From: Octopus bimaculoides
Lineage: Eukaryota
Assembly: GCF_001194135.2 (NCBI RefSeq)
Contig: NC_068982.1
Span: 165,606,664-165,670,663 of the forward strand
DNA: 64,000 nt
Direction: 5' to 3'
In this document: piece after piece, positions 1-14,087 of the stretch
How positions within the stretch are numbered: the stretch's first letter is position 1
Layout: each line of letters begins with the position of its first letter
Made by a program: the position numbers and the translations under genes
The notes under the pieces: model-generated
What the model saw: the letters and a program-made list of their open reading frames with translations, nothing else
What the model was told of the DNA's origin: nothing
The model's database searches: none

Positions 1-32
1 GAGAGAGAGTGAGAGAGAGAGAGTGAGAGAGA

Positions 33-64
<32 letters not shown>

Positions 65-112
65 TGAATAGCTGGATAGATAGATAGATAGATACATACA
101 TAGATACATAAA
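1..112. repeat. Compound (GA)n/(GATA)n microsatellite
   Basis: Directly visible. Confidence 0.97.
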
Positions 113-209
113 TATACTCCATCTTATCATTCTGGTAGTTGCACGTATTATTATTGATTAGGATTTGCTTTAGTCTTTATGGACTATCTTTGTCTCTGGT
201 AACAATCTT

Positions 210-211
210 AA

Positions 212-276
<65 letters not shown>

Positions 277-292
277 TAATAATAATAATAAT
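210..292. repeat. (AAT)n microsatellite
   Basis: Directly visible; explains the poly-Leu ORF 208-411. Confidence 0.97.
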
Positions 293-1094
293 GAACAATA
301 TCTGTCTGGGAAGTGAAGCCACTCTTTCAACTTTTTAGTACACAAAAATACATAATAACCGAATTTCCAGTTTCCAGCACTGTGATTATAGGTTAATGAA
401 ACGTAAAACAATTAACCATTCTAACTGGAGGAAAAAAGTCAATGGGAATTCTAATTAGTATATACTTTACCAAAAGACATCCGATGACTCGCTGACATAA
501 TTTCGAAAATGGTATGTTGATCCAGAAGGCAAATTTTCACGAAATTTCTTGAAACGAAACGGATACATCCTCTTGTTAAATGCCACACTAAAATATTTTT
601 TGAGAACATTTTCTCTCTGCACAGTGAAGAGGATATTGGAACTGGAAATGTACAGTTCAAAATGTGGAATCTTAAAAATATTGCATCAGAAGATGTCATC
701 TGAATTTAAATAATATCACTTTCCTGTTGGTTTCTGACAGGAATGAGTAGAGAAAATATTAAAGCGAAGTCAGTTGTTTGCTCCGGCGACATATCAGCTA
801 TGTGGCTAAATTTTAAGGGTCATTCTCATGACCCCATAGCACCCTTTTATGTGCATTTCTAATTGAGATCGTACTTAAAGGAATTTTCTTGAAACTGAAG
901 CCTTATATAATTCAGAGTATAAAGAGGAATATTTTTTTTTTGAGAGACTTGGTTGTTATGTTGAGCGACCATATTGAGGCATTCTTCGTTTCGTTTCCTT
1001 ATTCGACAAACATTCAGGAATAAAAAAAAAGAAGCGATCAAATTTCAATACACATGAAATACTGGTTTCAAATGTTGACTCTATCTCGGGGGAG

Positions 1095-1216
1095 GTTCAC
1101 GTCCGATTGAGTAAGGCTTTAAAAACATGAGTACTGAGTCGATATATTCGACTAAATAAAAAGGTGGTGTCCCAGCATGGCCGAAGTCAAATGACTGAAA
1201 GAAGTAGAAGATAAAA
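1095..1216 (+). mobile_element. SINE family B, 3' fragment
   Basis: GACTAAA...GGTGGTGTCCCAGCATGGCCGAAGTCAAATGACTGAAAGAAGTAGAAGATAAAA matches the 3' end of the copies at 9170, 13915 and 24558. Confidence 0.75.
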
Positions 1217-1769
1217 CTACAGTGTGTGCTTCAGTGATCACCCTCAAATTTGACTTTTTTTTCGCCATACCTCATCTATGTTTGAACATATTTTATCATA
1301 TTTTTCACCCAGCAATCTTCTATTACAATGTCTCAGAATGGAGCAGAGATTTAGATTTATTCAGTGGATTTAATCGCATTTAATTCGTTCAAGATTTAGG
1401 TTATCTAGATGGGCTAGAATTGGGCATGAAGTAGTAAATGTTGACCTTACGAATACTATTCACTCACTGTCCTGGTGAAATATATACATGTATTTCTCTA
1501 ACAAGTCATTATACTGGTAGTGAAGTCTAATTGCAAATTAAACAATAGATCCATCTTTGTCAAAACACACCCATACTCATTTCATTTACTATATCAACTG
1601 TTTGCTTTACAAATTGCATAGTAGAGCTCATATGATGTATATCTCCGTTTACTTTTAGTGTAACATTATATTTTTACCAATTAAGTCAATGACACCCAGA
1701 CACAAACTAACACGTCATACAAGATAGTCATTACAAATTCATCACGTCTTTCCGTTTGCATATATGCAT

Positions 1770-2015
1770 ATGTGTACATTCAGGTATACATATGTGCGTG
1801 TTCGTGTGTTCACGCGCACGAATGCATGTGCGTGTGCGTGTGTGTATTTACACGCACACAAGCACACACGCATACATAAGTACACTGATTTATATTTGTA
1901 TTTATACGAACATGAACATATATATACTCACACACACACACACACACATATATATATAAATATATATATATACGCAGACACATACATGCATATGTGCATA
2001 GATAGATAGATAGAC

Positions 2016-2078
<63 letters not shown>

Positions 2079-2240
2079 CATTTATCTATGTAGTTATTTA
2101 GTAATCTTCCCTGGATTGAGTTCTTTGTTCGTCTTATATATGTGTGTGTGTCTGTCTGTCCGTATTTGTGTGTGTATGCGTGCGTGTACCTGTGTGTCTG
2201 TGTCTATATGTGCGTGTATATATGTATATGCATGTATACC
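1770..2240. repeat. Compound (CA/TG/TA/GATA)n low-complexity tract
   Basis: Directly visible. Confidence 0.9.
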
Positions 2241-2429
2241 ATTCATGCTGACACATAAATAGGTATAATTTTGTTCCGCAGTTTTTCTACAAATCTATTC
2301 AATTCTCTAATTCTTCTCCACCTCTTTCCCTAACATATGCATCCGTGTACAAAAACACATTCACATATATATATATATATGCATCTCTGTAAGTTATGTA
2401 ATTATACGTTTGTACGTTTTTTTCCTGTA

Positions 2430-3800
2430 TATAATGGATTTATCGCATTATGCATATGCTGCACATTTCCAAATACAGAGTCTGCAGGCGGAAAATGTAC
2501 ATACACGTATGCCGATATTGATTGCGTAGATAAGATCTGTCGACATCGAAAAGAAGATAACTACACAATTTGGACTTGGTTGGGATATCATATATAAATA
2601 TTGAATTATTTGATTCAATCAGTAAAGTATTTTAGGCATAATCTGCTGATGTCAACAAAAATATCGGAATCTGCTAATATTCTAATATTATATCCAATCT
2701 ACAGATATCGACTTAGTTGGACACAATGTGAAGGTGTGAATCGCTGTGGTAAAATATGTATATATCATTCGGTGACTTATAAATTATATATGTTGGAAAC
2801 AGGCTGTATGTCAAAGTTTTGTAGATGTCGACAGGTCAAAGTCATATAGCAGAAGAAAATTAAAGCCGACTTCGAGAAAATTGGTGGTGGTCTACGTCAG
2901 TAAAAACTATACAATAACATTGGTGACTTTGAATAAGCTTGTTTTGAGGAGAGGATTTTTGGATCGAATTTTTCTGAGACTAAAGAAATATATTAAGAGA
3001 GACATTTATTATTTAAAATAGAGATAATAGAAAATGTCTGGTTGTTGGTAATGATCAGAGAGAGAGAGAGAGAGAGAGAGATACTATAAACATACAAAGC
3101 TGTTGTAGATGATTTAATAAGATGTCGAAACAAATTTTAAGTTTTGAATTTTCGTGTAGCTAGATCTGATCCGCTTGCGATCAGTCTCCTGAAATGAATA
3201 TTCCCAGAAGAAGCGTCTATGCTTAAACATAAGCTTTTGCTTACCACGTTATACGAACTTAAACTCAAATGTCGTTGATATTAAGTATCAAATTATAGAA
3301 GTTCCTTATGTGTATGCACATTTTTTTTTTATCTATCTCTGTGTCTCCTTATTGCTGTCTTGCTGTGAGCACCAATTCCTTTTTATCTTTTGTCTTTTAG
3401 TCAGGAATAAATGTTGTGCCCATGATCTATAACAGCACCTCTGGGACTAGGTAACGCAGAGAGGAATGTATCTACAAAGGGAAGATCTCACCCGAATACT
3501 TGCAACAGTCTCTATATTAATAAGACCCCATCTATCAGCTAGTATTAAGAGTATTTCTGAACTAAATGCTGACGTAATTTGAACTCTATTCAATTCAGTG
3601 GAATAAATTTTCAATGCATTCACTCCGACGGTTTTACATTTGCCAATCCACTGAACTCGATTGATGTATATTTTTGAATCGCAAAAGAATAGGGACAAAA
3701 TTGATTTCGGTAAGATTTGAACACAGAGAGCAGGAACTAGGAACATATACTGCGAGACATTCTATCAGACGCACTAATGACTCTGCCATTTTGCTACCTC
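2430..3800 (+). pseudogene. Possible decayed leucine-rich-repeat protein pseudogene
   Basis: 3579-3674 reads LNSIQFSGINFQCIHSDGFTFANPLNSIDVYF, a 24-aa period fitting LxxLxLxxNxLxxLxxxxFxxLxx; DNA repeat (t/c)tgaactc(t/g)att recurs 72 bp apart. Further cores LVTLNKLVL (~2920) and LTTLYELKL (~3240). Many stops and frameshifts. Confidence 0.25.
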
Positions 3801-4690
3801 AGCAACATTGTAAGTTATTCCTTTTAATTTTTCCATTAGATCACAAGAAAGTAGAAAACAGCAATATTCGAACTGCTTTCGTTTGAAGTTATTCAGTAAT
3901 GTGTGATAAAGTTTATTGTTTCCAGCATTCACCTCCTCTTTAGTAGTTCATGGAAGGACTTCGTCTCAGGAGATGACAAGCCGATAAAACACTATTGAAT
4001 TCTTTCATTGCTTTAACTGAAAGAATTAAATTCAGGGGGAAAGTCATTTCCACAGAATAATGAGTATTCAATTTAGTTACACCTCACATGTGAAGCAACT
4101 TTTTCACGCCTATAATTGAAATAATACGTCGTGGTAACTATTTATATTTAGGTAAACAGGTTTGCAAAATTTTAATTGTCTATGCTAGACTCATTTCAAT
4201 GTAGGTGATAAGTACGAAATAATGACACTTTATCCTGTATCCCAACAATCTACAGCTACACCCACAGCTGCAGAATCGGCGCTTTACAGTCGTTATTGCT
4301 GGAATATAGTTTGTCTGGAGATGCTACAGATAGACATAATTAGATAAGCATAGCCTTTAGAAATTTAATCGAGAGCGATTGGTGGTGAATGTTGTCTCTC
4401 TATATAAGACAATTTGTAACTATATGTCAATATGTAGGCATTAATTAGCGTGACGTAAATCGGAAAGATTCTCATTAGATATTACATAACCCGCAGGCAG
4501 CTTTTAGTTATACACATCTAAATATCGGATAGCAAGCCAAAATTGATAGATTTGTAAATTTGGTATTTTGTAGACACGAAGCTGTAATTGAATTGTAGAC
4601 TATAAGGGATTTTCTAGGATGTATTATTATGTTCATCAGTATTATCAGACTTGAAGATGGTAGTCAATATTTTTGAAATATATATTTAAC

Positions 4691-4750
<60 letters not shown>

Positions 4751-5624
4751 NNNNNNNNNNNNNNNNNNNNNNNNNNNNNNNNNNNNNNNNNNNNNNNNNN
4801 NNNNNNNNNNNNNNNNNNNNNNNNNNNNNNNNNNNNNNNNNNNNNNNNNNNNNNNNNNNNNNNNNNNNNNNNNNNNNNNNNNNNNNNNNNNNNNNNNNNN
4901 NNNNNNNNNNNNNNNNNNNNNNNNNNNNNNNNNNNNNNNNNNNNNNNNNNNNNNNNNNNNNNNNNNNNNNNNNNNNNNNNNNNNNNNNNNNNNNNNNNNN
5001 NNNNNNNNNNNNNNNNNNNNNNNNNNNNNNNNNNNNNNNNNNNNNNNNNNNNNNNNNNNNNNNNNNNNNNNNNNNNNNNNNNNNNNNNNNNNNNNNNNNN
5101 NNNNNNNNNNNNNNNNNNNNNNNNNNNNNNNNNNNNNNNNNNNNNNNNNNNNNNNNNNNNNNNNNNNNNNNNNNNNNNNNNNNNNNNNNNNNNNNNNNNN
5201 NNNNNNNNNNNNNNNNNNNNNNNNNNNNNNNNNNNNNNNNNNNNNNNNNNNNNNNNNNNNNNNNNNNNNNNNNNNNNNNNNNNNNNNNNNNNNNNNNNNN
5301 NNNNNNNNNNNNNNNNNNNNNNNNNNNNNNNNNNNNNNNNNNNNNNNNNNNNNNNNNNNNNNNNNNNNNNNNNNNNNNNNNNNNNNNNNNNNNNNNNNNN
5401 NNNNNNNNNNNNNNNNNNNNNNNNNNNNNNNNNNNNNNNNNNNNNNNNNNNNNNNNNNNNNNNNNNNNNNNNNNNNNNNNNNNNNNNNNNNNNNNNNNNN
5501 NNNNNNNNNNNNNNNNNNNNNNNNNNNNNNNNNNNNNNNNNNNNNNNNNNNNNNNNNNNNNNNNNNNNNNNNNNNNNNNNNNNNNNNNNNNNNNNNNNNN
5601 NNNNNNNNNNNNNNNNNNNNNNNN
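4751..5624. other. Assembly gap (N) bounded by (TA)n
   Basis: N run. Confidence 1.
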
Positions 5625-6336
5625 TATATATATGTTTCATACGAGGCTAAAAAGTGATAGGCAAGACTATGTTTGAAAAAAAGTTACAATATTTAAGTAA
5701 AAAATCTGATCTATGTTTTTTTCCTTGTCAAGTTCTCTTTGCTTTTTTTCTGTGCATGTATTTATAAATATATACCTTCACATATACGCGTCTCTATCTA
5801 TCTCTGTAAACATACATACATACATACATACACGCACTTCGGTATAAACTGTATTCCTTATCATCTTTACTTGATACGCGTGATGCTCATTCTTCGCTGT
5901 ACAGCTGAAAGAACACACACCTGTATCAGATCAAAGAAATGCACTGACTATCTAGACACGATATCAGAAATTACCACAAGATTTACGTATCCATCTAGTT
6001 TCTGTTGTAGAACTGAAAGACACACACTTTAGCTCTTCTCACATTTGACTATTCTCATTAAACATAGTTTTTTTTAATGACGACTTTCAAAAGGTTAGAG
6101 GGACATACAGTACATTCACCCCGCTTTCCTTAAACGTTTTTTTCTCAATTTCATCGTTCGTTGTTGCATTGACTTACGGCTCATCCATGTCCTTGGACCT
6201 GAAAGGTTACTGTTTTGTGCGAGTTACGCTAAACAAGCTTATTTAATTACTGAACTGTCCAAGCATGAAACTTGAAGTAGCTGGATTGAGTAATTTTCCT
6301 CATCTTACCATCAGTCGAATAGTACACTATGTAATT

Positions 6337-6377
<41 letters not shown>

Positions 6378-7634
6378 CATGCGTGTCTGTATGTGTGTCT
6401 GCGTGTTTGTAATATAATATATAGTGTAATGTATATAACATCATACATTTATATACATATATATAATTTTTCATACATTTATCATACATTTTATAATATA
6501 TATAATGTATTATATATACACACATACATACATGCATACATACATATATACATACAATAACAATTTCATTCAGATGGTAACCCTGGAGTTACTCTTTAAC
6601 TCATCAACGGGTACAGGGTATCGGATATGCGATTATGAACTTTACTGATCATATCTCCAAAACTCCATAATATCCGTAAATTAATAGAATTAACAAGGAG
6701 ACTGAAGTGAGCAAATTGTTTTATGACATAAATATACAATTCCTTCACCCCCATCGGAACTCATGTGTATTTCTAGATTATTAAGTAATATACGCAACTA
6801 GACGCCAGATGTATCATTATATTGATGCAATCGAGTGCCAGCTCATTAGAATCCTGAATAAACTTCCTTTAATACAAAACGAACGTAGGCAAGTAGGCGC
6901 GTTTATTTGAACACATTTGCATATTACAAGTAAAGCTAAGAAAGAAAATTAACAAAAACTAAGTACACAATAAACCTCGTTTTAAATCCACCGGCCAACA
7001 CATATAACGAGTAATTGAGGTAAGGATGAACATAAAGCAATAGAATATGTCTGCAGATTATATTGTTTTCAGCCTTCAGAAAATGCATGTCATATGGCTA
7101 GGTAATAACGTGTGCTTTTAGTTATTCGTATATAAATCAGAAACTGGCAGACATAAATTCCCTTAAAGATGGAAAGACAGCTTGTAAATATATCAACAAA
7201 GAGTGACCAAGTATTAGTCACTACTAAACCCAACGGCCACACTAGCACTCGCACATAGACAACTAGATATATAGTGATGCGGGAGAGAGACAAAGTAATT
7301 AATGTGTTAAATAGCACGCTTCACATATCGATAATTGCAAGAAAGATGCGAAAGGAATTACTATGCACAGATTTTAATTAGAATTTCCTTGTTACTGCAT
7401 ACATAAACCACGACAATAACAGGCTGGAAATAATAATAATTATTATCATTATTATGTTGGTTTTTTTTTCTTTTTCTTCCAATTTTTTTCCATTTTTCGC
7501 CGAGTGATTTCCGTACACCTAGAGCACAGAAGCTCATTGTATGCATTCCCAGTTTACACACGCGAATTCACAGGTAAAATATGTATTTACTAAATAAATA
7601 AATAAATAAATAAATTCATGAATGGATGTTGTTT

Positions 7635-7897
7635 TCACAGCGATAATGCTCTTCTCAGTACATGAGGTGTTCCAGTAAACACGATTTTTTGCCCTTCCTG
7701 TAGGGATGATAAGCCTGATATCATTTTCAAATAGGTTTCAGTACCCTTTTTTTATGATTGCTAGAGATCCTACAATCATTGGTACGGTAGTCGCCTTGAG
7801 GTGCCACATTTTTTTCAATTTCTATTCGTAAGTCTTTATATTTACTGATCTTGTCAAATTCTATCGCCGCTATATTATGACCGCAAGGAATACTCAT
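7635..7897 (-). mobile_element. R4/Dong-clade non-LTR retrotransposon, 5'-truncated C-terminal RLE fragment
   Basis: With two 1-nt frameshifts: MSIPCGHNIAAIEFDKISKYKDLRIEIEK/MWHLKATTVPMIVGSLAIIKK/GTETYLKMISGLSSLQEGQKIVFTGTPHVLRRALSL*, typical of a restriction-like endonuclease C-terminus. Confidence 0.85.
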
Positions 7898-7902
7898 TAT
7901 TT

Positions 7903-8311
<409 letters not shown>

Positions 8312-9169
8312 TCATATTATATGTGTGTGTGTGTGTGTGCGTATATATATATATATATATATATATATTTCTCCTNNNNNNNNNNGTCAGATTCTTTTTG
8401 TATACTGAGTTACGGACACTTTTTAATCATTAATCAAACTTGCCGTCAGAAATGCAGGGAAGCAGCCTGTTGGGAACCTCTAACCAATGGTGCTTTTGTC
8501 TACAAATTGTTATAATTTTAATAAGGACTATAATAATAATACTATATAAAATAATGATATCAATTGCTGCAAATGCAACGATTTGGGAATAATAAGCTAG
8601 TTTCCAAATACCAAACTTACATATGTCGACATGTTCATCTATATTTTTCACTTCCTAGAAATGTTCCCATTTTAATAAATCCTTTATTGTGATGCTAATA
8701 TCTTTACATGTACACCATACATCCTATTTTATTTTCGTGAAACGTACAGCTTTTGTTAGGAACCAAAAACGAAATTAATATTAAGTTTGGAGTTCCTTAT
8801 ATAAAAAATCATAGTAGTCTTAGATATTCAATGGACATGTGTCACAAGAGATGCTTATATTATAATTGAACGTACGTCGTGACTTGTACATAGTTTAATG
8901 AAAAATATTGATTTTATTATTGGAAATATTTAACAGCTAAAGATAGCATTGCCAAGCAGAAATCATATACATACAGAGTTAGCATAACAAAATGAGGAAC
9001 ATCTTTGCAAGCTTTAGGCATTACTTAAAGTAGTTCTACGCAGTGTGTAGTTATAGATGACGCGTCATAAGTAAAAATAAATTATATATTAGGGAAAGAC
9101 CGATATTTCGAATACTGTTTTAGTTACCATGTAATAGGCGAAAGCTGGAAACTATTGCACCTGATTAAA

Positions 9170-9401
9170 TTCTTTTGTTTCAGTCATTTCACTGCGGCCA
9201 TGCTGGAACACCACCTTGAAGGGCTTTAGTCGAAGAAATCTATCCCATGACTTATTTCTGCAAGCCTAGTACTTATTCTATCGGTTCTTTTGCCAAACTG
9301 CTAAGTTACGGGGAGATAAATACACCAGCACCGGTTGCCAGCGGTGGTGAGAGACAAATATAGATCCGATGATAAATACACATAGACATATATATATATA
9401 T

Positions 9402-9460
<59 letters not shown>

Positions 9461-9558
9461 TACGACGGGCTTCTTTCAGTTTCTGTTTACCAAATTCACT
9501 CAGACGGATTTAGTCGACCCGATGCTATAGTAGAAAGCACTTACTCAAGGTGCCACAG
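9170..9558 (-). mobile_element. SINE family B (CORE-like block, internal microsatellite), 5'-truncated
   Basis: GGCACCTTGAGTAAGTGCTTTCTACTATAGC...GAAACTGAAAGAAGCCCGTCGTA, internal (TA/GATA)n, tail CCAGCATGGCCGCAGTGAAATGACTGAAACAAAAGAA; homologous to 24558-24985. Confidence 0.88.
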
Positions 9559-9694
9559 ACATTTAAGTATATATTTATATTATGTATTCTATTTTGTTAA
9601 TTTTGACTCTTAATAGNNNNNNNNNNNNNNNNNNNNNNNNNNNNNNNNNNNNAATACAGTCATTTTATCATCTTTTCCATTCTTGGAATATTGG

Positions 9695-9830
9695 CAAATC
9701 CAAAATTTCTGTTGAGGACGACTTTGCCTTTCATCCTTTCCGATTCGATAAAATGAGTACCAGTTGAACACTGGTGGTGGGGGGGTCGATATAATCAACT
9801 TACTCCCTCTCCGAAATTGGTGCCATAATT
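9695..9830 (+). mobile_element. SINE family A fragment
   Basis: GACTTTGCCTTTCATCCTTTCCGATTCGATAAAATGAGTACCAG, shared with 18335-18565. Confidence 0.8.
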
Positions 9831-10004
9831 AAAAATCAATATTATATTCAAATCCTTATAGTGTTCTATCTTTTTTTTTTTTTTACAAAATGCTACAATT
9901 TATTTATCTCCAGTGTCAATACTGGGCTCCAATCTGATGATCGTTAAGGAATAATCGAGTTAAGTCACACAATGACACACAGTCATTGCAATTAAGTTGA
10001 CAGG

Positions 10005-10170
10005 GTCGGCAGAGCGTTGGACTTGCGGTATTTGTCCTAGTATTGCCCGTCTTAATTTCAAATCTCAATTGCATCAACATCGTCGTTCATTCTAAGGGAT
10101 AGATAAAACTAAGAACCGCCAGGCCAGTGATGAGAATTGCTGGCATTGTCAATCTTTAAAGAAAATACCT
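10005..10170 (+). mobile_element. Highly diverged SINE family A copy
   Basis: Weak match to the family A head and central block. Confidence 0.4.
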
Positions 10171-11437
10171 TCTGGTATTCGTTGCAGTTCTTTAAGTTCC
10201 GCAGACACCTGCCACGCAACTGCTACCAAACTATATCGGATCTTGGTTTCCTTTGGTCAACAGAATGAATGAGAGAGAGAGAGAAAATATATAGGAAACT
10301 CTTTGCCTCCCATAGTAATCATTTACCCAGGTCTGCATTCTGGGTATAAACTTTTCAGGCACAGATCAATGATCTCACGCGACATACATACTTAAATTCC
10401 GAACGAAGCGAATCTAAATATTTGAATACATTAAGTTTGGTGTTCTATTGCTTCATACATTGGTTAACTTTTATGAATACATTATCAGATGTATTAGGCT
10501 CTATGAGAATCTTAGTGTCTATATCGAAGCACTGAATTTCAATATAAAATATTATCTTCTTTTAGTGCAAGTCGTTTCTGTTTGAGAATACTCTATTATG
10601 TTTTATCAACTTCAAGTAGAAACACAAAACGTATTTGAACTCCAAGCAGCTGAATATGTGAATTTAAAAAATGTAAAAGATTACTTCCAATACTTCATGA
10701 TTTATCTCTTTGATAATATATTTGATAATTGATCTTAAAGTATATTTGTATAAGTCTGGTTTTATAACGGATTGAGTAGCACCCATATTAACCGTGGAGG
10801 TCAGTAATAGTAGCTACATCTTCCCTAAGGCAGACCTTACCGACATAAATATAGAAGAAATACATTGAATAGTATAGATAATGGATCCCTATATACACCA
10901 TGCCTGAATAAACAACTGGATACTTGCAAATACAGTACATGTTCATGAGTTTCCCCAAACAGGACTAATGTAAATCTAAATAACAATAGTAACCCTTATT
11001 TTCTAAAGTACCAAAAAAGGAAGTAAGTACACTTTAGACAATGCAGTCATATATGACCTCATATCAAACTGGTTGGTCACGGATGGAAAGCATCAGGTTA
11101 AACCTAATGTAGAACATCAATAACATCAAAATATTTAAAAACTGTTACAGAATATAGGACCGTAGGTATTGTAAATGGATTTTATAGTGTCAGTGAAAGA
11201 TTATTAAATCATTGCAAATACGTAGAAAGATACTCGTGCAAAAGGGAAATGAAGGAAAAAAAAATTATTCATTTTTACTAGTACAAGATTCATTTGTAAA
11301 AAGAGAAAAAACATACAGGTTAATCTGTCATAGTAATTATATTAGATTTATGCGCATTTCATATTCAGACATCACACTCACACACACACATAATTATAGA
11401 TACTAATATCCATCGAACCAAATGCACACAGTATCGT

Positions 11438-11495
<58 letters not shown>

Positions 11496-12129
11496 TATAT
11501 ATATCTGTGTGTGTGTACACATGTATATACACAACTATATACACACGTATATACATAGGCATACACACAAGTGCATGGGCGAGTTTATGTAGTTCTACGT
11601 TATGGATGATCTAAATCGCGATCAGTACTAATGATTTGGGTGAGAAATGACATGTTTGAACTACTGGACCACCCTAACCCTGAATGAACTATATTTGTCT
11701 GCCAACATTTCCAATTCACTTATTTCATTCTTGGAATTCAAACTGAATGTAATTACATTAGCTTCACTAAATCTTACATCCATCATATTTCAAGAATTTG
11801 CGTAAGAGAATGTAATATCTCTGCAGTCACATGCACTTCTACTGTAAATATTGACTGGAGGAAACTTCCAAATACCTCGTGTATTCAACTACATAAGAAA
11901 AATAGTTATCTAGCCCAGAAATAATTAGGATATTCATGCATTTCGTATGATCTCAAATAAGCGAGAACAAAGTAATGGGAGAAACTCAACATATTTTCTG
12001 TTTTGCTAAAAATAATAGCCAAATCACCTGCCCATCTAACATTATCAACTGAAGTATTTTCTTTTTTACTAATTTACATATATGTATTATTCATATTCAT
12101 TGCAAATCGATTTCATCATGCACAAAGAT

Positions 12130-12310
12130 AATATTGGTTTCAAATTTTGGCACAAGGCTAGCAATTTCAGTACATGACTAGTACTTAATTAATTGACCCC
12201 GAAAGGATGAAAAGCAGAATTCGACGGAATTTGAACTCAGACCGTAGAAACGGATGAAATACCGCTATGCATTGCCCGGGTTGCTAGCGATTCTACCAGC
12301 TCACTGCCTT
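12130..12310 (-). mobile_element. SINE family A copy
   Basis: GACCCCGAAAGGATGAAAAGC...GGAATTTGAACTCAGACCGTAG...GAAATACCGCTA matches the 18335 copy. Confidence 0.85.
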
Positions 12311-13258
12311 ATAAACTGTATAATAATAGGCAATATAAATATTGGCCGGTCGGTTGATTGAGTCCCCAGTTACATTTTACATTGCATCGAGGGAGGACCC
12401 GAGAGGGAAAGAATAAAAGCGGGATATACAAATATTTAACATAAGACGTGTAGGATCAGTGTCTACTACTTTCGAACAAATACACACCTTGTAATGAAAT
12501 TTTGCAGAGATGGGTTTTGATAGATTAGATTACGATTGTGCTGACAAAATTTAGAAATTAATAGCATATTTATTGCAAATTTGCAAATGAGAAAAAAATA
12601 TGTTACATTTAATTTTAAATTGTTCGCTTTTTTTTTTTTTTTTTTTTTGAAAATTAATGTTCATCATTTCGTTTAAGCGCTAAGAAATTTGATAAAACTT
12701 AAATTATAATTATTTTATGTATGCAACAGTTAATGATATTACACCTGGTATCATAAAAATACTACCAAAGTTAACGTCATTTGGCGAGTAACACTGTACA
12801 TCTATATTTCATTCTATATTTCAAGTACGTCTTGCATAGGAGATATTTTTGCAGCATATCTCTCCCCAATGTAACTGTTAAAAGACAATTTTCTAAGTCG
12901 CACACACAAAATACACTAATCACTGAACATACAATTACCGTTTTTTAAGAAGTGAAAAAGTTATTATTATAAAACACTCAAACATCTTAATTTATAGTAG
13001 AAAAACAAACAGAATTTGTTTAGTTGCACAAATCTACAGCGAGATATCATTTCGTTTCTTTTGTTGTGTAAATATTGAGTAGTTATATTGTATTACTGGT
13101 GTGCACTAATGTATATAGGGTGCATATCTTACATGCATTTATGTAAGAGGTGAATGTCTAGTATTGCCCATTATATAACGATAATTAGATTATTATCCCT
13201 TTACAACAAATATTTCGATAAAAACGTTCCTGTTCTTGATATATAACCTAGAACAGGG

Positions 13259-13640
13259 AGGCGCAATGGCCCGGTGGTTAGGGCAGCGGATTCGCGGTCA
13301 TAGGATCGCGGTTTCGATTCCCAGAATGGGCGTTTTGAGTGTTTATTGAGCGAAAACACCTAAAGCTCCACGAAACTCCGGCAGGGGATGGTGGCGAACC
13401 CTGCTGTACTCTTTCACCACAACTTTCTCTCACTCTTACTTCCTGTTTCTGTTGTGCTTGTAATTCAAAGGGTCAGCCTTGTCACACTGTGTCACGCTGA
13501 ATATCCCCGAGAACTACGTTAAGGGTACACGTGTCTGTGGAGTGCTCAGCCACTTGCACGTTAATTTCACGGGCAGGCTGTTCCGTTGATCGGATCAACT
13601 GGAACCCTCGACGGCGTAAGCGACGGAGTGCCAACAAAAC
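13259..13640 (+). mobile_element. Full-length tRNA-derived SINE family C
   Basis: A box TGGCCCGGTGG (13267-13277), B box GGTTTCGATTCC (13310-13321), ~380 bp CpG-retaining body, (CAAAA)-like tail, possible degraded TSD aacctagaacaggg / aaactaaaacaaggg. Confidence 0.88.
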
Positions 13641-13914
13641 AAACTAAAACAAGGGTACATGCTGCATGCATATAGGTTTCAATTTCGCCTCGATGGTGTG
13701 TTATAGTTTTACTGGAAGACGAAGTACTCTTTGCATGTATATGAGTGCACGCGTTCTTAAGTTAGTAGTAGTAGTGTTGGTCGGCCATGGATGTTAAGTT
13801 ATGACCGTTATAAATCAGTCACTGTCGAATGGAGCGAAATATGCCACAACTCAACTATTGAGATATCTGAAACGTATTAATTATCCATATCTACAATTTC
13901 GACTCTCATTACAA

Positions 13915-14087
13915 GGCGTGGGCGTGGCTTTGTGGTAAGAAATTTGCTTTCAAACCATCTTAGTGATAGTAGGGGGTTGTCCCGAATCACCGCTTGACAA
14001 CCGATATTTATTTACGTTCGACTAAAACCCTTCAATGTGGTGACCCAGTATGGCCGCGTTCCAATGACTGAAACAAGTAGAAGACAA
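13915..14087 (+). mobile_element. Internally deleted SINE family B copy
   Basis: Head GGCGTGGCTTTGTGGTAAGAAATTTGCTTTCAAACC joined via short internal pieces to the tail CCAGTATGGCCGCGTTCCAATGACTGAAACAAGTAGAAG. Confidence 0.72.

Noticed and set aside
13259-13335. tRNA gene
   Set aside because: A and B boxes are present but there is no complete cloverleaf, and it continues into a SINE body with a second copy at 51385
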